From Paraspadella gotoi (taxonomy: Eukaryota; Animalia; Chaetognatha): a stretch of 64,000 nucleotides of DNA. Shown piece after piece: positions 53,601-61,600 of the stretch. Below the pieces are notes generated by a model. The model worked only from the letters and a program-made list of their open reading frames with translations. It searched no databases and was not told the DNA's origin. Position 1 is the first letter of the stretch. Each line of letters begins with the position of its first letter. The stretch spans positions 1,229,218-1,293,217 of the forward strand of contig CM119268.1 of the NCBI GenBank assembly GCA_051294375.1, given 5' to 3'. A program made the translations under genes and the position numbers.

Positions 53601-54824
53601 CATTAAGGGATTGGTCTTTAATACAATTTAAACATTCTTTGAAACATTATATCACTTCATTGATAGGGAAGCCAAGGTACTCAGGGAGTGAATAAACGAG
53701 ACTGTGAGAGAGTCTTGATTGATCATTATATTGCGAGAGTGACGCAGGCCTTAAACCACCAAGGCCGGTCCAAAGTCCAAAGTCCATAACTTATTAGTTA
53801 AAGGATAATTTTTATATTTGTTTTACCAATATCATATCCCTGTCTCTGACTAAATGATAAATCATTTTCAGTCATTTCTCACCAACTCCCGCCCCCCCCA
53901 GGTGACGGACGTGTTGGTGATGCTCAATTCGGCCGTCAACATCCTCGTCTACACCGTCGCCCACAAACAGTTCCAGTCTTGCCTCAAGGCGACGCTGAGT
54001 TGTGGCAGCGCCGACCACGCCGCGCCATCCGCCAAGATATCCGACGGAGAGGTGAGAGAAGGAAAAGAAAATACTAAGTCAATTAATCAATGAAAGTATG
54101 GCAACAGCCATGTTGCCTGTGATGCCCATTAGGATGGGGCATCTTACATTTTGCTTTGGGGGCTTCCGACCCTCAGCGACGCATCCAATTACTGGCGCAG
54201 TTACCCTAGGACGGTCTCGCTTTGCCAACGCAGGGAAGTCAATAGGACTGTAGATGGAACACAAGGCCTGAGATGGTGTGTTCCCCCTCTGAGCCAATGG
54301 TATTGTCTAAACGATGACGTGAGGCGGTGTGAATGTACCGCCACAAAAGATTAATGAAGCAACCACTTAAAAAAACTCGAACATCTCGGGAATAACGTTG
54401 ATAATTTCAGCTTCCTCCTCCTCCTCCTCCTCTTCCCCCTCTCTTTTAAAATCAGCGCCACCGAAAAGGACGAACGGACGCTCGTCTCGTTTACTCATTG
54501 GTCGAATTCGGACGCGACCGCCGGCTCCACGAGTTCGTCGAGGCGCGAGAGATGCGGTTCTTGGCGGCGTCGGCGGCTGAAGCGGCGTTGGCTACGGAGA
54601 CCGCCTTCGCCGCGGCCGCGTCGTCGACCTCTTCCTCCGCCGCGGCGGCGGCTACGGCGGCAGCGTCGGCCCCGGGCTCGGCGGACTACGAAGCTTCCGT
54701 CTCGGGATCGGCCGCGGCGGCCGGGACGAGGAGCGCGCGGTTGGCCGGGATCGTATACAGCGAAATCGTGGTGGAGCATTACCCGAAATTGAGCGACATT
54801 CTGAAGAGGAGCAGGAGCCTTTGA
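26871..54824 (+). CDS. Spliced class A (rhodopsin-like) neuropeptide GPCR, FMRFamide-receptor-like group; join(26871-27036,37752-37932,45228-45360,50051-50382,52172-52430,53902-54051,54456-54824), 1590 nt, 529 aa
   Basis: Manual translation gives seven GC-rich exons with compatible phases (1,2,0,2,0,0) and ordered 7TM hallmarks: TM1 GICGN, TM2 LALSD, TM3 WLTVAVAFDRW, CHP in ICL2, TM4 SLP, TM5 FLPL, TM6 CFTPDA, TM7 NSAVNILVY and helix 8 HKQF. The start codon is the least certain part. Confidence 0.9.
27182..29135. repeat. About 26-bp minisatellite (ttttgttttagctggatgagtct(c/g)tt), present in both orientations because of the fold-back
   Basis: Plus orientation 27182-27917 (spanning the N gap 27266-27689) and reverse orientation 28380-29135. 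Confidence 0.9.
27266..27689. other. Assembly gap (others: 36325-36916, and 25-N gaps at 1634-1658, 7342-7366, 31128-31152)
   Basis: Runs of N. Confidence 0.99.
29278..29453 (-). pseudogene. Inverted, indel-ridden copy of GPCR exon 1 (likely artefactual)
   Basis: Reverse complement matches 26871-27036 (CAT at 29451-29453, donor tttac at 29273-29277) with frameshifting indels. Confidence 0.8.
35565..35748 (+). repeat. (CAT)n microsatellite region
   Basis: Direct inspection; explains the poly-Met ORF on the minus strand. Confidence 0.95.
35791..35990 (+). mobile_element. tRNA-headed SINE-like repeat copy in GPCR intron 1
   Basis: Aligns without large gaps to the reverse complement of 15935-16070; A box TGGGTCATTGTG, B box AGTTCAATCC. 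Confidence 0.68.
35997..36172 (+). repeat. Compound minisatellite (gtggataaggtgctaactacta / gcctagataa)
   Basis: Direct inspection; immediately follows the SINE-like copy. Confidence 0.8.
37752..37932 (+). CDS. GPCR exon 2 (TM2-TM3)
   Basis: Pyrimidine tract plus CAG acceptor at 37751; (A)LSDTIKLLNDSLYSVAICVKIYDASAGDAFIGTVYPASHFVLGFSSCTTSWLTVAVAFD(R); donor AG|GTCGAG. Confidence 0.92.
37969..38150 (+). repeat. 61-bp tandem repeat, 3 copies, with an internal hairpin (atgagt-gaat-actcat)
   Basis: Direct inspection; starts about 36 bp after the exon 2 donor. Confidence 0.92.
38297..38381 (+). repeat. (AAT)n microsatellite
   Basis: Perfect trinucleotide run. Confidence 0.97.
39405..39779 (-). 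mobile_element. Dispersed repeat family 2 (HINE-like); inverted homologue at 63432-63940
   Basis: Terminus TTTAGT..TCTGCTTAT.GCAGAT..CGACTCTATA.TTCACTTTG plus (GTCC)n is shared with 63432-63500; an internal block (tttcctacccacacacaaaatttc) is duplicated in both copies. Confidence 0.6.
41490..41532 (-). ncRNA. Minimal type I hammerhead ribozyme (PLE inverted tail)
   Basis: Reverse complement reads gatg-CTGATGA-a-GGCTC(aaattga)GAGCC-GAAAC-AT-GTT-cgtc: core intact, stem I gaug/cguc, GUU triplet. Confidence 0.78.
41807..41976 (+). repeat. 71-bp tandem repeat (about 2.4 copies) inside the PLE remnant
   Basis: gagaaagcttgtatagagagacct at 41811, 41882 and 41953. Confidence 0.92.
42237..42486 (+). 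repeat. 36-bp tandem repeat, 7 copies, inside the PLE remnant
   Basis: Unit ctcattttgatctctttcttaattcttaacctttca; a single copy is present in the related element at 49266-49300. Confidence 0.95.
42937..42979 (+). ncRNA. Minimal type I hammerhead ribozyme (PLE tail), one stem I mismatch
   Basis: gacg-CTGATGA-a-GGCTCA(aattg)TGAGCC-GAAAC-AT-GTT-cctc. Confidence 0.72.
43463..43798 (-). mobile_element. Dispersed repeat family 1, Helentron-associated (HINE/DINE-1-like); other copies at 9687-9870, 19738-20105, 32085-32268, 32808-33055, 41061-41338, 47698-47743
   Basis: One terminus reads TTTTTAGTTGCG-CCGCGAGTACTCGCGG(hairpin)-AGCAACTCTATAAGTCACTTTT followed by a (GGTC/TGTC)n microsatellite; a conserved core tagttttaggatttcctgaaggcggcgctagc occurs in most copies. 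The repeat is directly seen; the class is inferred from architecture. Confidence 0.65.
45228..45360 (+). CDS. GPCR exon 3 (ICL2, TM4)
   Basis: Acceptor tttctccccaacag; (R)WICICHPTYAMRFCRVQTARRIGVFVFLFVFILSLPSLFRYEKM; donor G|GTGAGT at 45361. Not present in the ORF track in this frame. Confidence 0.92.
47100..47496 (+). repeat. 13-bp minisatellite, about 30 copies
   Basis: Unit gattcctcttcac with point variants. Confidence 0.95.
48540..49048 (-). pseudogene. Penelope-like element GIY-YIG endonuclease and RT-EN linker remnant
   Basis: LPYHQGITESL linker, then GAVYWAAC...CAAAYVGETGKSLSNRFQQH...SAIAEHSTLTGHQF (GIY-YIG with CCHH). After a premature stop at 48605 the frame continues RGMREAVYIKALEPSLNRDGG, the typical PLE C-terminus. 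Confidence 0.92.
49913..49952 (+). ncRNA. Decayed hammerhead ribozyme
   Basis: gcg-CTGAAGA-a-GGCTC(gcaacaa)GAGTC-AAAAC-GTGT; GAAA changed to AAAA and stem I lost, so probably inactive. Confidence 0.5.
50051..50382 (+). CDS. GPCR exon 4 (expanded extracellular loop 2)
   Basis: Acceptor tttcctcttcag, donor AG|GTAAAG; phase 0 in, phase 2 out, which is required to join exon 3 to exon 5; C-ending codon bias like the other exons; ends in LTTFGKSTFYIHY just before TM5. Confidence 0.85.
50453..50740 (+). repeat. (ATT)n microsatellite region
   Basis: Two imperfect runs separated by about 60 bp of unique sequence. Confidence 0.95.
50811..50853 (+). ncRNA. Minimal type I hammerhead ribozyme (PLE-type)
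   Basis: aag-CTGATGA-a-GACTC(gaaccaata)GAGTC-GAAAC-AT-GTA-ctt: intact core, 5-bp stem II, palindromic ACATGT stem III, GUA triplet, aag/ctt stem I. Confidence 0.8.
51420..51960. mobile_element. Possible AT-rich fold-back/MITE-like element
   Basis: Nested inverted blocks: ataaaatcagaaattttt (51551) vs aaaaatttatgattttat (51859), aaaatatgtta (51632) vs taacatatttt (51781). Termini are uncertain. Confidence 0.4.
52172..52430 (+). CDS. GPCR exon 5 (TM5, ICL3, TM6, ECL3)
   Basis: Acceptor ttttttcacag; RLFIALRTFLPLTSLSLLNACVILRVW...VTLVLAIVVFLYFLCFTPDAILSVAYDGAY...KAIRE; ends at a non-canonical AG|GCAAGC donor. Confidence 0.9.
53660..53832 (+). repeat. Unclassified dispersed repeat; related pieces at 44920-45060, 23803-23893 and (inverted) 19789-19875
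   Basis: Shared blocks agactgtgagagagtcttgattga, aaccaccaa.gcc.gt.ccaaagtc and tagcttatttattaaatgaatg.ataatttt. Confidence 0.65.
53902..54051 (+). CDS. GPCR exon 6 (TM7, helix 8)
   Basis: Acceptor cccccccag; VTDVLVMLNSAVNILVYTVAHKQFQSCLKATLSC...; donor AG|GTGAGA at 54052. Confidence 0.92.
54456..54824 (+). CDS. GPCR exon 7 (C-terminal tail, Ala/Ser-rich, to stop)
   Basis: Acceptor after a long pyrimidine tract (aaatcag at 54455); phase 0 and in frame with ORF 54498-54824; GC-rich; followed by AATAAA at 55008 and 55110. Confidence 0.78.
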   Translation, partial: RHRKGRTDARLVYSLVEFGRDRRLHEFVEAREMRFLAASAAEAALATETAFAAAASSTSSSAAAAATAAASAPGSADYEASVSGSAAAAGTRSARLAGIVYSEIVVEHYPKLSDILKRSRSL

Positions 54825-55007
54825 AGGAGAGCCGATATTATGTAGAGATTCTCTTCCGTTCCCATTTCTTTCGGATCGGATTGGATGGGGGGGGGGCAAC
54901 ATTTTGTTGTCCCCAAAATTTTAAAATACACTGGCGGTTAAATTGACTGGATTTTCTTCCCTTTTTTTGTCACTGTACCGTTGACAATATCTATCTCCTG
55001 TAGCGGA

Positions 55008-55173
55008 AATAAATCGCACGTCGGCGGAATGAAAAAATTGAAATTTTCCTATGAGGATTTTATTTGTAAAAATCAACGAAACTTGAAGATTTCTTTGGAA
55101 ACAACATGAAATAAAATGTTGAAATCAAATTGGGCGTTTTTTCATTTTCAACAAAGCCACACGGAAATTTATT
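55008..55173. promoter_or_regulatory. Candidate polyadenylation signals of the two convergent genes
   Basis: AATAAA on + at 55008 and 55110; TTTATT (AATAAA on -) at 55059 and 55168. Such hexamers also arise by chance in AT-rich DNA. Confidence 0.45.
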
Positions 55174-55691
55174 CTCAATTTGGAAACATAAACAATTCAT
55201 TACACAATATGAATTTCAGCTAATATTATTTTCTACAAGAATCACGTTTACTAAGTCATGATAAAAAATTAACTTTAGCTACAAAAACATATCACGGCAA
55301 AAAACCATTCCTTGCTGCTAAGGAAACTATCTGGGTTGCTTACTGAGAATGATGAAGACCAAAGCTACGAATCTGACGTCGCATCTATTGACAGAAACAG
55401 AACATAAAATCAGCAGTGTTATCACAAAAAGGTTGAAAGACAATATGTTACATGGAAAATGAATAAAAGAATATTTTTTTTGGGAGCACAAATTCCGAGA
55501 GGTCAGTTAGTACTAGAAAAAAAATTGCAAAAAAAAAATTGCCATGGAAGCACATGAGCTCCTATGACCAGCTTAAAAGCCGTATTATTATGTTATTTTG
55601 CACTTATAATTTTTTTTGTTAAAGATGGTCATGGAGTTTAAAGATTATTAATTTTATTATCTGCAATGAGAAGTTGATGAGATTATAATTT

Positions 55692-58600
55692 TTATCCTTC
55701 AAGACCCAATAACTTACATCTTTCTTTGTCTAATTCAATTAGTTGAACAATAGTATTTTGTTTATTTCCCTTAGCCTCTCTTAATATTCTGAGAGTATCT
55801 CTTTCATCTATATCAGCCCAAGGTCTCTGCTCTTTGACTGATTGCATTACAAAAAGATTATCTTCTATTTCTTGATAACTTTCATACTCTATAACATCAT
55901 CATCATCACTTACCCATTCACTGTCTGCTTCACTGTACATGCTATCTAGTTCACTCAGTTCACTTTCCTTTTCAAATCTTTCATCAGCTTCATCATCTCC
56001 ATCATGTTCATATTCATCAGGTTGTTTAGTATGAGAGGGTATGAATTTGTCCATCCATTCTCCCCAGCTTGCCCTATCTTGACTTTGAATTTCACTTCCT
56101 GGAGTTGGACTCATAATTCCCGGAGATCGAATCTCTGCAATACCTGGAATTAACTGGGTTAATTTATTTAAATCATTACTTTCAGTCAGTTCTTCTTCAT
56201 CTTCTACAATTGGTGATAATTCTCCTGAAGACATATTTTTTAATTCCCCAAATAAAATATCTCTTTCCGGAGCTTTGCTTTCCCTTGAGCGCCTAGTGAT
56301 ACCAGACGAATCATTGTTTACTTGAGGCGCCAATTCTTCCTCTTCTTGAACCGCTGCAAGTAATTTTTCTTGGACTGACTCTAAAAGGTGGTCCGTTTTA
56401 CTTCGCTGAGATTCTATAGTGTGGGTTTCACGGCGGCCATATTTTTTTACTGAATGTTCAATTCTTGTTAAATGGCTGAATGGAATGTTTTTATTCAGTT
56501 CTAAATTAAACTGAGCAGAGGGAGATGGAATGTTTATTGGAGTTGAAGCATCTTCTTCATTGCAAGAACTTTCTGAATTTTTAAAGCCATCTTTTATGAG
56601 TGATTCACGATTTGATTTGTCTGGAATGTTTGAGTTTTTAGTTTTATTTTCTTTTACTATATCTTCAGGGTACTTTTCACAATTATGCAGCAAAATTTTA
56701 TCCTCATCCTCATGAACATTATCTTCAATTGCATAAAGTGCTTCATAATTTTCTATTGCTAAAAGTTTTGAGACAGGTGATATTTTCTCTGTTTTAACTA
56801 ATGTTTTTACATCTTCTTGGTTATCTTCAAATGCAGCTTCAGTACCTTCATCATTAATTTCATGTTTAGTGTCATTATTAAGATCTACTTTTAGGTTGAG
56901 ATCTGTAGTCTCTTTTGATTCCAAAAATCCAGGTTTTCCAGTAACATTTTCTATGTTTTTTACCATCACAGCAGAGGTATCATTAGATTCAACTTTGACA
57001 TTTTTGTCTTGGTCAATATCAACTACATCATTGTCAACTTGTATTTCCTCCTCTTGTAATGCATAAAGAGCATCATAATTTTCACCCCATCTGGATTTGT
57101 ATGTTGATGATTCTTCTTTAGATTTAACCAAATCTTCTAGTAAATTTTCACTGTTAATGTCTTCAGACATTTGGCTTGTCTCATTAGTTTGCTTTTCTTC
57201 TTCAATATTTTCAGTGAATTCAATTTGAGGAATTTCTTGATCTTGTAAAGCATATAGGGCATCATGATTTTCAATCAATATCGGTTTTTTCAGTGGTGAT
57301 TCATCTTCAGATTTAGCTAAATCGTTTTCTGTCACGTCTTTATTATTATCAATCAAATTTTTACTTGTTTCATTATCTAATTTTATCTCTTTATTCTTCA
57401 CTAAATTTTCAGTTTTGTCCAAAAGAGCATCATAATCTTCAATAAATCTAGGTTTAGTCTTTTGTAGTTTATATTCCTTTTCTATGGCCTTGACATTATT
57501 CTCTTTAATCTCATTTTTAAGTTCTTTATCACTTTTTTCTATATCTTTGATTTCTTCCTTGCATTCTGGTTGGAGTAATTGTTCATCTTGTAAAGCATAA
57601 AGAGCTTCATAATTTTCACCCCATCGTGGTTTGTGTGGTACTTCTTCAGAGTCATCCAAATTGTTTTCTGTGATGTCTTGTTTTTCATCAATTATACTTT
57701 TACTTGTCTCAGAAATTAATTTGCTTTCTTTATCTTCAATACCTCCCTGCGATAATTCTAAGCCTGGCAATGAATTTTTTCTCTGTGGTGGCATAACTAA
57801 TATTGATTCATCTCCAGAATAAACAATATCTTTTATTATATTTTCATTTTTTATTTTACTGGTATCTTCCATGATTCCTTGGTCATCATGATTTTCTAAC
57901 TCTTTGATTTCTTCTGAGCCTATACCTTGGATTATGTCTTCATCCTGTAAAGCATAGAGAGCATCATAATTTTCAAACAACTTACTTTTTCTTACTGCGA
58001 TTTCCTCATCTGATTCAACCATATCAATTTCTGTGTTGTCTTTAATTTTGTCAATTATATTTTCAGAAGTTTCTTTTTCATTATTTTCCTCAATTATAAC
58101 ATCAATTTCTTCATGACAATCTGTTTGAGATAGTTCATCTTCTTGTAAAGCATAGAGGGCATCATAATTCTCTATCCAGCGTGGTTTACTTATTGGTAAT
58201 TCATCATCAGATTCAACCAAATCTTTTTCTTTGTTTTCTGTTTTGTCTTTTATATTTTCAGTATTTTCATCTATTTGCTTTTTGTTATTATTCTCGAATA
58301 TATCATGATTTTCTTCTTTATATTCTGTTTGAGGCAATTCATCTTCTTGTAAAGCATAAAGGGCATCATAATTCTCTATCCAGCGTGGTTTACTTATTGG
58401 TATTTCATCATCAGATTCAACCAAATCTTTTTCTATATCTTCAATTTTGTCCTCTATGTTTTTAGTACTTTCATCTATTTGCTTTTTGTTATCATCTTCA
58501 TGTATATCATGATTTTCTTCATGACTTTCTGTTTGAGGCAATTCATCTTCTTGTAAAGCATAAAGGGCATCATAATTCTCTATCCAGCGTGGTTTACTTA

Positions 58601-61600
58601 TTGGTATTTCATCATCAGATTCAACCAAATCTTTTTCTATATCTTCAATTTTGTCCTCTATGTTTTTAGTACTTTCATCTATTAGCTTTTTGTTATTATC
58701 CTCAAGTATATCATGATTTTCTTCATGACTTTCTGTTTGAGGCAATTCATCTTCTTGTAAAGCATAAAGGGCATCATAATTTTCTATCCAGCGTGGTTTA
58801 CTTATTGGGATTTCATCATCAGATTCAACCAAATCTTTTTCTATATCTTCTATTTTGTCATCTATGTTTTTATTACTTTCATCTATTTGCTTTTTGTTAT
58901 TATCCTCAAGTATATCATGATTTTCTTCCTTACATTCTGCTTGAGGCAATTCATCTTCTTGTAAAGCATAAAGGGCATCATAATTTTCTATCCAGCGTGG
59001 TTTACTTATTGGTATTTCATCATCAGATTCAACCAAATCTTTTTCTATATCTTCAATTTTTTCTACTATATTTTCATAACTTTCATCTATTTGCTTTTTG
59101 TTATTATCCTCAAGAATATCATGATTTTCTTCTTTATATTCTGCTTGAGGCAATTCATCTTCTTGTAAAGCATAAAGGGCATCATAATTTTCTATCCAGC
59201 GTGGTTTACTAATTGGTATTTCATCATCAGATTCAACTAAATCTTTTTCTTTGCCTTCAATTTTGTCATCTATGTTTTTAGTACTTTTATCTAGTTTCTT
59301 TTTGTTAATATCCTCAAGTATATCATGATTTTCTTCTTTATATTCTGCTTGATAGAATTCATCTTCTTGTAAAGCATAAAGGGCATCATAATTTTCTATC
59401 CAGCGTGGTTTACTTATTGGTATTTCATCTTCAGATTCAATCAAATCTTTTTCTACATATTCAACTTTGTCATCTATGTTTTTAGTACTTTCATCTAATT
59501 GTTTTTTGTTATTGTTCTCAAGTATATCATTTTTTTCTTCATGACTTTCTGCTTGAGGCAATTCATCTTCTTGTAAAGCATAAAGGGCGTCATAATTTTC
59601 TATCCAGCGTGGTTTACTTATTGGTACTTTATCATCAGATTCAACCAAATGTTTTTCTATATCTTCAACATTGTCATGTCTGTTTTTAGTACTTTCATCT
59701 ATTTGATTTTTGTTATTATTTTCAATTATATCATTATTTTCTTCATAACTTTCTGCATAAGGCAATTCTTCTTCTTGTAAAGCATAAAGGGCATCATAAT
59801 TTTCTATCCAACGTGGCTTACTTATTGGTATTTCATCATCAGATTCAACCAAATCTTTTTCTATATCTTCAATTTTGTCATCTATGTTTTTAGTACTTTC
59901 ATCTATTTGCTTTTTGTTATTATCCTCAAATATAACATCATTTTCTTCCTTACATTCTGCTTGAGGCAATTCATCATCTTGTAAAGCATAAAGGGCATCA
60001 TAATTCTCTAACCAGCGTGGTTTACTTATTGGTATTTCATCATCAGATTGAACCAAATCTTTTTCTTTGTCTTCTATTTTGTCATCTATGTTTTTAGTAC
60101 TTTCATCTATTTGCTTTTTGTTATTATTCTCAAGTATAACATCATTTTCTTCCTTACATTCTGCTTGAGGCAATTCATCTTCTTGTAGAGCATAAAGGGC
60201 ATCATAATTCTCTAACCAGCGTGGTTTACTTATTGGTATTTCATCATCAGATTCAACCAAATCTTTTTCTATATCCTCAATTTTATCATCTATGTTTTTA
60301 GTATTTTCATCTATTTGCTTTGTGTTATTATCCTCAAGTATAACATCATTTTCTTCCTTACATTCTGCTTGAGGCAATTCATCTTCTTGTAAAGCATAAA
60401 GGGCATCATAATTTTCTATCCAGCGTGGTTTACTTATTGGAATTTCATCATCAGAATCAACTAAATCTTTTTCTTTGTCTTCTATTTTGTCATCTATGTT
60501 TTTAGTACTTTCATCTATATGTTTTTTGTTATTATCCTCAAGTATAACATCATTTTCTTCCTTACATTCTGCTTGAGGCAATTCATCTTCTTGTAAAGCA
60601 TAAAGGGCATCATAATTTTCTATCCAGCGTGGTTTACTTATTGGTATTTCATCATCAGATTCAACCAAATCTTTTTCTTTGCCTTCTATTTTGTCATCTA
60701 TGTTTTTAGTACTTTCATCTATTTGCTTTTTGTTATTATCCTCAAGTATATCATGATTTTCTTCTTTATATTCTGCTTGAGGCAATTCATCTTCTTGTAA
60801 AGCATAAAGGGCATCATAATTTTCTATCCAGTGTGGCTTACTTATTGGTATTTCATCTTCAGATTCAACCAAATCTTGTTCTACATATTCAATTTTGTCA
60901 TCTATGTTTTTAGTACTTTCATCTATTTGCTTTTTGTTATTATCCTCAAGTATATTATTTTTTTCTTCATGACTTTCTGCTTGAAGCAATTCATCTTCTT
61001 GTAAAGCATAAAGGGCATCATAATTTTCTATCCAGCGTGGTTTACTTATTGGTATTTCATCATCAGATTCAACCAAATCCTTTTCTTTGCCTTCAATTTT
61101 TTTATCTATGTTTTTAGTACTTTTATCTAGTTTCTTTTTGTTAATATCCTCAAGTATATCATGATTTTCTTCTTTATATTCTGCTTGAGAGAATTCATCT
61201 TCTTGTAAAGCATAAAGGGCATCATAATTTTCTATCCAGCGTGGTTTACTTATTGGTATTTCATCTTCAGATTCAACCAAATCTTTTTCTGTGTCTTCTA
61301 TTTTGTCATCTATATTTTCAGCACTTTCATTTATTTGATTTTTATTATTATTCTTAATTATAACCTCATTTTCTTCATGACTTTCTGCTTGTGGCAATTC
61401 ATCTTCTTGTAAAGCATAAAGGGCATCATAATTTTCTATCCATCGTGGTTTACTTATTGGTATTTCATCTTCAGATTCAACCAAATCTTTTTCTGTGTCT
61501 TCTATTTTGTCATCTGTATTTTCAGCACTTTCATCTATTTGATTTTTATAATTATTTTCAAATATAACCTCATTTTCTTCATTACTTTCTGTTTGAGATA

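Noticed and set aside
54411-54455. Alternative upstream acceptor for GPCR exon 7 at 54410
   Set aside because: In frame, but it runs into TAA at 54447 and would consume the pyrimidine tract of the 54455 acceptor.
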